A DNA stretch of 33,886 nucleotides from a virus (IMGVR_UViG_3300002180_000039:1-33886), one strand, 5' to 3'; positions 1 through 8,692 are shown, counted from the first letter of the stretch. Notes: generated from the letters alone by a model not told the origin. Translations and numbers: made by a program.

Positions 1-1425
1 ACGTTTAACACCAGCACGAACTCCGATTTCCGGTACAAATCGAGTTTGCATATCGGCTCGCGCTTCGGCTGGGGTCATATCAACTTTTGCAATTTCGCCC
101 CGCATTTCTGCGAGTATTTCCGGGGTAATTTCTGTCAAGTCACCATCGACCATATCAGGTCCCGATCGTGGTGCCGGGATCGGTTTATGCCCGCAATGTG
201 GACACGCGTTATATATTGCCTCATATATTGCCGTACATTCTGGACATGCTTTAACAGGGATAACGTCGGTCGGTTTCGCTTTACTACGTTTTTCACGACG
301 GTCGAGTGTCCATTCACGTTTACGATCCGGTAAACCATGACGCGTAACATTACCCACATGATCGATAATAATCGCTTCGGTTTTACCTTCTAATAAACGA
401 AGTGCCCGTCCGAATTGCTGTACGTAAAGTCCGTATGATTGGGTAGGTCGAGCCATGGAAACGACCTCGATAGCAGGGAGATCGAACCCCTCACCGAATA
501 AATCCACATTGATGAGTTGTAATAATTCTCGATTTTTAAATCGTCGGAGAATGGCAACGCGATCGGCGTCTGACGTTTTGGCGCTAACAACTGCAGCCGG
601 TACACCTTGCGCGTTAAATTGTGCCGCAATATCGGTCGCCGTTTCGACGTCGGTAGCGAACGTAATACCGAGTTTACCTTTTGCAATACGTAAATAATGG
701 GTGACAACATCACCGATGACATGCGATTTTCGAACCGCTGTTTTTAATTTGGCTTTATTGTAATCACCGTCCGCGCTTGTCGTTACTTGACTTAGATCAA
801 GATCTGACGGTGGGGCAAATATTCGATAATCGGTTAAATAACCTTGATTGATTAAATCGCGCATGGTTGGACCTTCGACCATAACGTCCACTAATCCATC
901 GGCATGACGTCCGAGCCCTTTACCATCGGCACGATCCGGGGTGGCTGTTACGAGCAACCCTTTAGCATTAGGGAACATTTGAAACGCTGTACCCCATTTA
1001 TTACCTTTTAATACGTGATGACCTTCATCAATAACGCATAACGTGACAGATTTTCGCCAGTATTCCAACTCGTCAGATCGTTTAACCAATGTATCAACAC
1101 CCGCGACCGCGACTTTCGAATTTGGATCTATAAATGAGTGTCCGAGTTCTAACATGTGGACATTAACGCAAAGTCTGACAACTTTTTTCGGTCCTATTAT
1201 TTTATGATATACACCGTCTCGAGCGAGCGCGAGCGATATTTGACTGACTAATTCCTGACGATGGGCAATGGCACAAACCGGCCCGTCATGTTTCTTTATA
1301 ATCTCGGAAAATATAACAGTTTTACCACTACCCGTAGGATATACCGCCATGACAATACGATGACCGGCGTTCCATTCGAGATTTATATTCTGTTCGCCTT
1401 CGGCTTGATAGGGTCTTAACTGCAT
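1..1425 (-). CDS. Superfamily 2 (DExH) helicase with C-terminal zinc finger, 3' end truncated by the window edge
   Basis: Absent from the ORF track because there is no stop in the window. Manual translation from ATG 1425 gives MQLRPYQ (Q motif), YPTGSGKT (Walker A), VIDEGHH (Walker B), TATPDR (motif III), IIDHVGN..RHG and CPEC..CPHCG. Confidence 0.93.
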   Translation of the reverse strand, partial: MQLRPYQAEGEQNINLEWNAGHRIVMAVYPTGSGKTVIFSEIIKKHDGPVCAIAHRQELVSQISLALARDGVYHKIIGPKKVVRLCVNVHMLELGHSFIDPNSKVAVAGVDTLVKRSDELEYWRKSVTLCVIDEGHHVLKGNKWGTAFQMFPNAKGLLVTATPDRADGKGLGRHADGLVDVMVEGPTMRDLINQGYLTDYRIFAPPSDLDLSQVTTSADGDYNKAKLKTAVRKSHVIGDVVTHYLRIAKGKLGITFATDVETATDIAAQFNAQGVPAAVVSAKTSDADRVAILRRFKNRELLQLINVDLFGEGFDLPAIEVVSMARPTQSYGLYVQQFGRALRLLEGKTEAIIIDHVGNVTRHGLPDRKREWTLDRREKRSKAKPTDVIPVKACPECTAIYEAIYNACPHCGHKPIPAPRSGPDMVDGDLTEITPEILAEMRGEIAKVDMTPAEARADMQTRFVPEIGVRAGVKR

Positions 1426-1452
1426 TTTTTTATTATTTCTCGTTATTTCATG

Positions 1453-1481
1453 TTGACAAGGGAGATACTACGGCATAAAAT
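1453..1481 (+). promoter_or_regulatory. Sigma70-type promoter for the rightward replication operon
   Basis: TTGACA (1453-1458), 17 bp, TAAAAT (1476-1481); AAGGA RBS then ATG at 1516. Confidence 0.8.
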
Positions 1482-1493
1482 CACTATCGTCAA
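1465..1493 (-). promoter_or_regulatory. Sigma70-type promoter for the helicase, overlapping the rightward promoter
   Basis: Minus strand TTGACG (1493-1488), 17 bp, TAGTAT (1470-1465), 40 nt upstream of the helicase ATG. Confidence 0.65.
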
Positions 1494-1515
1494 TAACGAA
1501 AAGGAAATTAAAACA

Positions 1516-2316
1516 ATGAACAAATCAATTAGTTTAACAGTCGATACCGACGACTATAACGCATTAACCCGCGCTTCGGATATGTTGCACGGCATGGCTC
1601 AAGATATAAAAAAATCGGGCTGTAAAGGTTGTATCGATGAAGACAAAGAAAAAGAAGCCGACGAAATACTCGTTAAAGCTGGTGTCAAATCTGACAATGA
1701 TAATAAATCATTAGAAGGTATCGAACACGTAGGGAATGAAGGAAGTGAAACTTCAGCCGCAGACGCATTCGCAACTAATGACGATAAACCGGAAAAAATC
1801 AACGTCGGTACCGAAATCGGTGTTTCGGTTGGTATAGGTGGTGGTGTCGAACTCGATAGTCAGGGTTTACCATGGGACGTACGAATCCACAGTAAAAATA
1901 AGTCGAAATTGGCTAAAGATCAATCATGGAAGAAAAAACGCGGCGTCGATGCTGCATTAATCGTACAAGTCGAAGCCGAACTTCGCGCAGCAATGGCGAC
2001 GGCACCGGCTCAAGTTGAAACGTCATCCCCCACGACCGAAACACCAGCGGCACCGGCTACCCTTGAGACACCAGCAAAACCAGCGGCACCGGCTACCCTT
2101 GAGACACCAGCAAAACCAGCGGCACCGGCTCAAACTGAGACATTAACATTCCCCGACTTGATGGGTAAAATCACGACGGCAATGGGTGCGGGCACGTTGA
2201 CTCAAGAAATGATCATGGTTGTTATTAATCCTTTAGGATTAGCGTCGTTACCATTAGTCGCGGCACGTCCTGATCTTATTCCTGAAATCAATACGGCGTT
2301 GTTTCCGAATGGGTAG
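1516..2316 (+). CDS. Hypothetical replication-module protein with a D-x-x-G-L-P-W-D-x-R-I-H motif and Pro/Ala linker
   Basis: Start moved from 1450 to ATG 1516, which follows the promoter and RBS; its stop overlaps the next gene start. Confidence 0.85.
   Translation: MNKSISLTVDTDDYNALTRASDMLHGMAQDIKKSGCKGCIDEDKEKEADEILVKAGVKSDNDNKSLEGIEHVGNEGSETSAADAFATNDDKPEKINVGTEIGVSVGIGGGVELDSQGLPWDVRIHSKNKSKLAKDQSWKKKRGVDAALIVQVEAELRAAMATAPAQVETSSPTTETPAAPATLETPAKPAAPATLETPAKPAAPAQTETLTFPDLMGKITTAMGAGTLTQEMIMVVINPLGLASLPLVAARPDLIPEINTALFPNG
2044..2130 (+). repeat. 36-bp in-frame tandem repeat (about 2.4 copies) encoding PAAPATLETPAK
   Basis: CCAGCGGCACCGGCTACCCTTGAGACACCAGCAAAA is exact at 2044 and 2080, with a partial third copy at 2116. 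Confidence 0.95.
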
Positions 2317-3487
2317 TCATTCAATCATTCCGCCGTCATCGGCGCATATCTGGGGTGCCCCTAACGGGTGCACCGGTTGGGTGTTAATGTCTCAACAATT
2401 CCCCGAACAGGAAGAAACACCAGAAGCGGCGGAAGGAACAGCATCGCACGAGATCGGATCAGAGTTGATAATGTGCCAAACAACCGGTCCAACGATACCC
2501 AAATCCGATCATTATGTCGATAAAACAGCGTCGAACGGTGTTGTTTACACGGAAGAAATGTTCGAAGCGGCTGAAATCTACGCTAAAGATGTGGGCGAGG
2601 TTATGCGTTCGACGGCTGTTTTCGGTGGTCCTAATTTTGGTAATGAACAAAAAATCAAAATGCCAAAAATACACGAACTAAACGAAGGCACTCCCGATCA
2701 ATTTATATTCGATGGTAAAACGGGCAATTTGTACGTGTGGGATTATAAATTCGGTTTCGAAATTGTCGAAGTGTTCGAAAACTGGCAATTAATCGATTAT
2801 ACCGAAGGTGTCCTCGAATTACTCGAAGTCAACGGGATAACCGATCAACATATCACCGTACATATGCGAGTCGTACAGCCTCGAGCACATCACCGCGACG
2901 GTATAATTCGTGAATGGGTTGTTAAAGCGAGTGATCTACGTGCTCATTTCAACACTTTACATATGAACGCGGCTATTTCGTTGGGTAACGATGCGATATG
3001 TAACACGGGTCCGCATTGTAAACATTGTGTCGCTCGTCATGCTTGCGGACCTGCGATACAGGCCGGAACGGGAATGTATGAGGTATTGGGAAAGCCGGTA
3101 CCACTTATAATGTCACCCGCAGCGAAAGGCGCTCAATTGACACTTATTAAAAAAGCTCGTAAATATCTTGAAAGTTTGGAATCCGGATTCGAAGAGGAAA
3201 TTAAACACGAAATTCGAACGGGTACAGACATTCCGGGGTGGTTAGTTGCAATGGGTCAAGGTCATGAAAAATGGATTAAACCTGCAGAGGAAGTAGCCAC
3301 AATGGGTGATTTAATGGGTTTTGATGTACGAAAACCCCTCGCAGTTAAAACCCCCACACAAGTTCGTCAATTAGGTATTGACGATAGTGTCATTAAGGAA
3401 TATAGTATCAAACCAAACACCGGACTAAAAATCGTACCGGATAACGGAAGTAAAGCAAAATTATTATTTGGAGAAATAGCATCATGA
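2309..3487 (+). CDS. DUF2800-family Cas4-like PD-(D/E)XK nuclease
   Basis: N-terminal HS..PPSSAHIW..C, A.EGT..HE, GTPD...DYKFG catalytic motif, NWQL, and a C..C.....C cluster. Confidence 0.85.
   Translation: MGSHSIIPPSSAHIWGAPNGCTGWVLMSQQFPEQEETPEAAEGTASHEIGSELIMCQTTGPTIPKSDHYVDKTASNGVVYTEEMFEAAEIYAKDVGEVMRSTAVFGGPNFGNEQKIKMPKIHELNEGTPDQFIFDGKTGNLYVWDYKFGFEIVEVFENWQLIDYTEGVLELLEVNGITDQHITVHMRVVQPRAHHRDGIIREWVVKASDLRAHFNTLHMNAAISLGNDAICNTGPHCKHCVARHACGPAIQAGTGMYEVLGKPVPLIMSPAAKGAQLTLIKKARKYLESLESGFEEEIKHEIRTGTDIPGWLVAMGQGHEKWIKPAEEVATMGDLMGFDVRKPLAVKTPTQVRQLGIDDSVIKEYSIKPNTGLKIVPDNGSKAKLLFGEIAS
3378..3406 (+). promoter_or_regulatory. Internal promoter with operator-like palindrome upstream of the SSB-like gene
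   Basis: TTGACG, 17 bp, TATAGT; contains TGAC-N6-GTCA. Confidence 0.6.
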
Positions 3488-4323
3488 TAGAAATTACATC
3501 ACCAGTAGGTCGCCTCGTTTCGGGTCATCCGATGGTAGCGCGTCCCGTAATTGACGAAAAAACGAAACAACCGAAAATGCAACGTGACGGAGTAACGCCG
3601 CAAATCGATCACTATGTTGGTCTTGCTATTCCTAAAGGTCAAGAAACTGACTGGAAGCTAACCGAATGGGGTCAACAAATGAACGCCGAAGCGTTAGCAT
3701 CATTCCCGAATGGTGAGCATCAAATGCCCGCTTTTTCATGGAAAGTTACTGACGGCGATAGTCAGGCACCTAATAAAAACATGAAAAAACCATGTGATCG
3801 CGAAGGCTATCCGGGACACTGGGTAATTAATATGTCGAACGGTTTCCCGATTAAATGTTATCACCGCGAAAAGTATGATCCGACTCAACAAATCCAACAA
3901 AAAGAAGCGATCAAAGCGGGTGATTATTGTCGTTTAGTATTTACCGTCAAAGGTAATGGAGCGGCACCACCGAACACACCGGGTATTTACGTTAATCCGT
4001 CAATGTTCGAACTTTATCAAGCGGGTATCGAAATCATTAGCGAGAGCGCAGCCGATCCGAGTGCGACATTCGGTGCGGTAGCAGGTCAAATGCCAGCAAA
4101 CGCGCAAGTCGATCCGAACATGGCTGCAGCGGCGAATACTCCGGCTACACCAGCAACACCAGCGACACCGGGCGGCGGACCTGCAGCACCAGCGATGGAC
4201 GTTCTAACACCTGTCGAAGTCAAGTATATGTTGCCGGATGGTACGGGTCCATGGACCGCCGAACAATTGGCACCGGCTGGCTACACACCGGAATTAATCG
4301 CGGGCTTAGTAAAAGCACCGTAA
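3484..4323 (+). CDS. Single-stranded DNA-binding protein (DUF2815/gp2.5-like)
   Basis: Follows the DUF2800 gene; SPVGRLVSG, WKVTDGD, GYPGHWVI, IKAGDYCR, GIYVN; Pro/Ala-rich tail. Confidence 0.7.
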   Translation: MIEITSPVGRLVSGHPMVARPVIDEKTKQPKMQRDGVTPQIDHYVGLAIPKGQETDWKLTEWGQQMNAEALASFPNGEHQMPAFSWKVTDGDSQAPNKNMKKPCDREGYPGHWVINMSNGFPIKCYHREKYDPTQQIQQKEAIKAGDYCRLVFTVKGNGAAPPNTPGIYVNPSMFELYQAGIEIISESAADPSATFGAVAGQMPANAQVDPNMAAAANTPATPATPATPGGGPAAPAMDVLTPVEVKYMLPDGTGPWTAEQLAPAGYTPELIAGLVKAP

Positions 4324-4334
4324 TCACAATGATT

Positions 4335-4357
4335 CCGCCCTTCGGGGCGGTAATTTT
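4335..4357 (+). terminator. cUUCGg hairpin after the SSB-like gene (weak terminator or mRNA stabiliser)
   Basis: CCGCCC-TTCG-GGGCGG followed by TAATTTT and then a GGAG RBS. Confidence 0.6.
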
Positions 4358-4369
4358 GGAGTAATAATA

Positions 4370-4759
4370 ATGTCAGATATTAAAGACGATGTATTAATTT
4401 ATGATGGTCTAGTTCGTTTAATACGAGTTTGTCATCAAGCAGCTTGCGATGGTGGATGGTGGACTGATTTACAAACCGGACAACCTCTATTACGTAATAA
4501 AGGTGAAATGCTTTGTTTAATTCATTCCGAAATATCCGAAGCGATGGAAGGTGCCCGTAAAAATTGTATGGACGATCATCTTCCACACCGGAACATGGAA
4601 GAGGTCGAACTCGCGGACGCATTAATTCGAATTTTTGATTATGCAGCCGGTCACGATCTCGATGTAGCGGGTGCTTTTGTTGAAAAACTCGCATATAACG
4701 CGAATCGTGCGGATCATAAACCAGAAAATCGAGCCAAAGACGACGGTAAGAAATTTTAA
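4370..4759 (+). CDS. MazG-like all-alpha NTP pyrophosphohydrolase
   Basis: LIHSEISEAMEG...EVELADALIRIFD gives the ExxE...ExxD metal-binding pattern. Confidence 0.85.
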   Translation: MSDIKDDVLIYDGLVRLIRVCHQAACDGGWWTDLQTGQPLLRNKGEMLCLIHSEISEAMEGARKNCMDDHLPHRNMEEVELADALIRIFDYAAGHDLDVAGAFVEKLAYNANRADHKPENRAKDDGKKF

Positions 4760-4858
4760 CTTTATGGGAATTCACCCGGTCGGATAAAACCTTCATCGTA
4801 GGGGGCTACGTGATGCGGATCGGGTGTTTACCCTCCTTTTTAAATAGGGCGATAAATA

Positions 4859-5131
4859 ATGGCATATTTCTTTTTAAAACAAGGTAAACAATATCTCGAT
4901 TTAACGGGTGATTTAATCCTTTCTCATAACGATCGATTAGTGAAAGCACGTACAAAAAGTGCCGCCCCGGTCAAAGTGTTAAACGCTAAATTTGTGATTA
5001 ATGCGGGTAAATTAACTTTTATCGGTAAATTAAAAGCCACGAAATTAGCGCTCGGTTTCATATGGGGTAAACCGAACCCGTTAACCGCTGAAGATACGAA
5101 TCTTAATAAACCGGTAGTTACTAATGAGTAA
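4859..5131 (+). CDS. Hypothetical basic protein
   Basis: 90-aa ORF in operon orientation with AGGG upstream; overlaps the next start. Confidence 0.7.
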   Translation: MAYFFLKQGKQYLDLTGDLILSHNDRLVKARTKSAAPVKVLNAKFVINAGKLTFIGKLKATKLALGFIWGKPNPLTAEDTNLNKPVVTNE

Positions 5132-5285
5132 ATACGATCCCGAAACACTGAAAATGATGTCATCGAGACTTTTAGCCGCTAAAGCTAACAATGACGACCG
5201 ATATTTTCAATTTATCATGACAATGTCGATTTATACGAATTTATCGACTCAACAAATCGCAGAGTTCGCCAATGCGGGGGCGTAA
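5124..5285 (+). CDS. Small hypothetical protein (53 aa)
   Basis: Below the ORF-track cutoff: MSKYDPETLKMMSSRLLAAKANNDDRYFQFIMTMSIYTNLSTQQIAEFANAGA; fills the gap and overlaps both neighbours. Confidence 0.7.
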   Translation: MSKYDPETLKMMSSRLLAAKANNDDRYFQFIMTMSIYTNLSTQQIAEFANAGA

Positions 5286-7659
5286 GCAATGCGACCCGGT
5301 CAGTGGATGCGGTAAGTTCTACAAGCAACAATTCAACGAATGCCCCTCGTGTGGGGCTTCTGAAGCGTTTAGTAACCTGATCCCATTCAATCCTCGTGAT
5401 TGGTCCTACGATTTAGAATCATATCCGAATATATTTACCGCTGATTTTAAACATATGAATTCGGGCGCTACGGCGTTTTATGAAATAAGCGATCGACGTA
5501 ATGATCTCGATGGTTTATTAGTGTTTTTATTTGCATTAAAGCAATCAAATTCCCGAATGATTGGATATAACAATATTGGATATGATTATCCGATGTTACA
5601 TTTTATATTAGAAAACGCGCATTTATCCCCCGATCAAACCGACTTATATAATAAATCCATGAGTATTATCAACACCCCATGGGAACGTCGATTCGATAAT
5701 GTGATATGGGATAATGATATTCATATCGTACAAATCGATCTCTATAAAATACATCACTTCGATAATGATGCGCGTCGTACTTCATTAAAAATGCTTGAAT
5801 TCAATATGCGCTTAGATAATATAAGTGATCTACCCTACCCACCCGGCACCGTATTAAACGATTTAGAAAAAAACGTATTAATTGAATATAATCATGACGA
5901 TGTCGATGCGACCGAGAAATTCGCGATCGAATCAATCGAAATGATCGAATTCCGTGAACAATTAAGCGAAAAATACGGTCAAAATTTCCTTAATCATAGT
6001 GATAAAAAAATCGGTACAGATATTTTCGTCAACAAACTCGAAGCGTTCGCACCGGGTACATGTTACGCCCGCGACCACAATAACAAGAAAATAAAACGAC
6101 AAACGCCTCGAAGTTCTATCAATTTGGGTGAAATAATATTCCCATACATCGAATTTAAAGTACGCGAATTCGAACTCGTAAAACAATGGTTATCATCGAA
6201 AGTTATCACCCAAACGAAGGGCGTCTTCGAATTCATAACGGTATCGGCTGAAATGGCCTTTATCATGCGTCATGACTTAGTAAAAGTGTATGGATTATCG
6301 TTAGACGACGTACCGAGCATATACGATGTTAAGAATATTAAAACATTATTAAATAAGGGTATTCCCCTCGATCAATGTTTTGATGATATAAAAAATCGAA
6401 CCGATTTGCATAATTTTAAATTCGTAAGCGGTGTAAAAGATAAATCGGGTTTAAATTGTATTGTCGATGGGTTTCGATACGACTTCGGTACCGGTGGGAT
6501 ACATGGTTCGATTGATTCGACGATTGTATGTTCCGACGACGATGGTGAGTTGTGGGATTGGGACGTGGGCGGTTATTACCCAACGTTAGGTAGTGTAAAC
6601 AAATTATTCCCCGAACATTTGAGCGAACAATTCGGTATTGTTGATAAAGAACTCGCGATCGAACGTAAGCAATACGACAAAGGGACCGCATTAAATAACT
6701 CGATAAAACTTGCCCGAAACGGTGCGTACGGTGATTCGAATAATAAATACAGCGTGTTTTTTGACCCACAATATACAATGTCAATAACTATTAACGGTCA
6801 GTTACTTTTATGTATGCTTGCACAACATTTGATTGATATCCCCGGTTTAAAGATGATCCAGATCAATACGGATGGTTTAACCGTTAAATGTCCGAGGCAA
6901 CATATCGACACCATGAAAAAAATATGTAAATGGTGGGAGAATTACACTTGTTTAGAATTGGAAAGCGTTATTTATAAACGTATGTTTATTCGCGATGTGA
7001 ATAATTATATCGGTGAATATAAAGACGGAAAACTCAAATCAAAAGGCGCGTACGTACATAAATCGAAGGAATCGCAGGGTCCGAAATGGACACCTAGCGA
7101 CATGGATTGGCACCAAAACCACAGCGCCCTTGTCGTCCCTAAAGCCGCTGAAGCCGCTCTCGTACACGGTAAAGATATTCGCGAATTCATCACCAATCAT
7201 AACGATATATTCGATTTCATGCTTCGTACGAAGGTGGGACGGTCCGATAATCTTATGATCTCCGATGCTGCAGGTAACGAACGAGAATTACAGAAAATAA
7301 CGCGATATTATGTAAGCGTTGACGGTGGATCATTAACTAAAATCAGTCCCCCGACGAAAGGGTATCAAGTCGGACAATGGAAACGAGCGACGAAGTTATC
7401 CGATCAATATTACAAAAGTGTGATCGCTGAATTGAAAAGTACAACCGCTGAAGATATAGAACTCGACTCGCTCGGTTTACCGTGGGACGAACGTATCAAC
7501 ACGAAAAATCGTTCTAAATACGAAATACGTCGTACCGGTGTTAATGCTGGGCAATTAGTCGCACCCTGTAACGACATTAAAGACGCTGATCGGAATAATA
7601 TCAATTTTGAATATTACATCGCCGAAGCTGAAAAACTTGTTAAACCACTGAGGAATTAA
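5272..7659 (+). CDS. Family B DNA polymerase with 3'-5' exonuclease and N-terminal Cys4 cluster
   Basis: Exonuclease motifs YDLE, GYNNIGYD, YNHDD; polymerase motifs A DVGGYYP, B KLARNGAYG, C NTDG. Confidence 0.92.
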   Translation: MRGRKQCDPVSGCGKFYKQQFNECPSCGASEAFSNLIPFNPRDWSYDLESYPNIFTADFKHMNSGATAFYEISDRRNDLDGLLVFLFALKQSNSRMIGYNNIGYDYPMLHFILENAHLSPDQTDLYNKSMSIINTPWERRFDNVIWDNDIHIVQIDLYKIHHFDNDARRTSLKMLEFNMRLDNISDLPYPPGTVLNDLEKNVLIEYNHDDVDATEKFAIESIEMIEFREQLSEKYGQNFLNHSDKKIGTDIFVNKLEAFAPGTCYARDHNNKKIKRQTPRSSINLGEIIFPYIEFKVREFELVKQWLSSKVITQTKGVFEFITVSAEMAFIMRHDLVKVYGLSLDDVPSIYDVKNIKTLLNKGIPLDQCFDDIKNRTDLHNFKFVSGVKDKSGLNCIVDGFRYDFGTGGIHGSIDSTIVCSDDDGELWDWDVGGYYPTLGSVNKLFPEHLSEQFGIVDKELAIERKQYDKGTALNNSIKLARNGAYGDSNNKYSVFFDPQYTMSITINGQLLLCMLAQHLIDIPGLKMIQINTDGLTVKCPRQHIDTMKKICKWWENYTCLELESVIYKRMFIRDVNNYIGEYKDGKLKSKGAYVHKSKESQGPKWTPSDMDWHQNHSALVVPKAAEAALVHGKDIREFITNHNDIFDFMLRTKVGRSDNLMISDAAGNERELQKITRYYVSVDGGSLTKISPPTKGYQVGQWKRATKLSDQYYKSVIAELKSTTAEDIELDSLGLPWDERINTKNRSKYEIRRTGVNAGQLVAPCNDIKDADRNNINFEYYIAEAEKLVKPLRN

Positions 7660-7664
7660 AAAAA

Positions 7665-8348
7665 ATGAATAAAATTAATGTATTAGATCATGGATTTGTA
7701 GGATTAGTAGATCATATGGGGTCGGATTTATCAATCTCCCGTAATGCTCGTGTTTCATACGATGCAGAATGGCGAGCGGGCGAAGATAGCGGAAGCGACA
7801 CCCGATTAATTAATTACTTATATTCTAATGGACATAACACACCGTTCGAAGCGGTAACATTTACATTTGATGTCAAGGCTCCGATCTTTGTGTTCCGCCA
7901 ATGGCACCGCCATCGTACACAATCGTTCAATGAATTAAGCGCCCGTTATCGCGAATTACCTGAAGAATTCTATATTCCTGAACCAGAACATATCGGTACA
8001 CAAAATAAAGATAATAAACAGATGCGCGATATTGGTGGCGACATTGATTTCAATCATACAGATGTAGTCAGAAATTTAATGCATATCCAAAATTCAAACG
8101 CATTTAATACTTATCATTTACTCATTGAAAAAGGTGTACCCCGCGAAATTGCCCGATCCGTTTTACCTGTGGCAACTTATAGCCATATGTTCGCGACGGT
8201 TAATTTACATAATTTATTTAGATTTTTAGCTGAACGATTGCATCCACACGCTCAATATGAGATCCGCGTATATGCCGAAGCGATGCTCGAATTAATTCGT
8301 CCGATTGTACCCGTAGCGGTTGCAGCATTCGAAAAAGGTTTAAAATAA
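7665..8348 (+). CDS. thyX: Flavin-dependent thymidylate synthase ThyX
   Basis: RHRTQSFNELSARY signature, H.TPFE, E.AR.VLP, R..PHAQYEIR. Confidence 0.97.
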   Translation: MNKINVLDHGFVGLVDHMGSDLSISRNARVSYDAEWRAGEDSGSDTRLINYLYSNGHNTPFEAVTFTFDVKAPIFVFRQWHRHRTQSFNELSARYRELPEEFYIPEPEHIGTQNKDNKQMRDIGGDIDFNHTDVVRNLMHIQNSNAFNTYHLLIEKGVPREIARSVLPVATYSHMFATVNLHNLFRFLAERLHPHAQYEIRVYAEAMLELIRPIVPVAVAAFEKGLK

Positions 8349-8692
8349 CGAACGATAACGAACGTCCGAGTAAAACTTATAAATTACGCGCACCGGGTAT
8401 AAGTGATCACGCTTTATATTTTACAGTTGTCGGAGAATCAATACCCGAGGCGTTTTTTATTAATAGTAAAGAACTTGAATCGTTTCAGTGGATTACATCA
8501 CTTATGACGTCATATCATCGACAGGTCAAGATCGGTACACCTATCGAATCAATAATTAATGATATGAAAGAGACATTCGACCCAAATGGTTCGTATATTA
8601 TCCCCGATGGTACCGGGCGCGAAGTTCATAGCGTGGTACATCATTTAGGGTTAATATTAGAAAGTCATTGTAAGACAATCCCTACATTTTGA
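8348..8692 (+). CDS. Stand-alone NrdJb/TSCPD-like domain protein (class II RNR-associated) lacking a canonical start codon
   Basis: The frame of ORF 8504-8692 is open upstream: RPSKTYKLRAP..SDHALYFT..PEAFFINSK..FQWI..L...FDPNGSY...SVV..LG.ILE.H, which matches NrdJb as I recall it. There is no ATG/GTG/TTG between TGA 8258 and ATG 8504; ACG at 8348 overlaps the thyX stop. Confidence 0.72.
   Translation, partial: TNDNERPSKTYKLRAPGISDHALYFTVVGESIPEAFFINSKELESFQWITSLMTSYHRQVKIGTPIESIINDMKETFDPNGSYIIPDGTGREVHSVVHHLGLILESHCKTIPTF

Noticed and set aside
46-722. Short ORF-track ORFs at 46-333, 135-359, 390-722 and 455-697
   Set aside because: They are shadows of the helicase gene (1425 to the window edge, minus strand), which has clear motifs.
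1450-1515. N-terminal extension of the 288-aa ORF
   Set aside because: It overlaps the promoter boxes; the RBS supports ATG 1516.
2309-3487. Cas4-like nuclease as a sign of a CRISPR-Cas system
   Set aside because: No cas1/cas2 and no repeat-spacer array; this family is a usual part of phage replication modules.
4766-4835. Possible tRNA in the structured intergenic region
   Set aside because: No cloverleaf, T-loop GTTC motif or CCA end.
5124-5285. Apparent frameshift in the small ORF before the polymerase
   Set aside because: Recounting the T run at 5170-5173 shows the frame is intact (53 aa).
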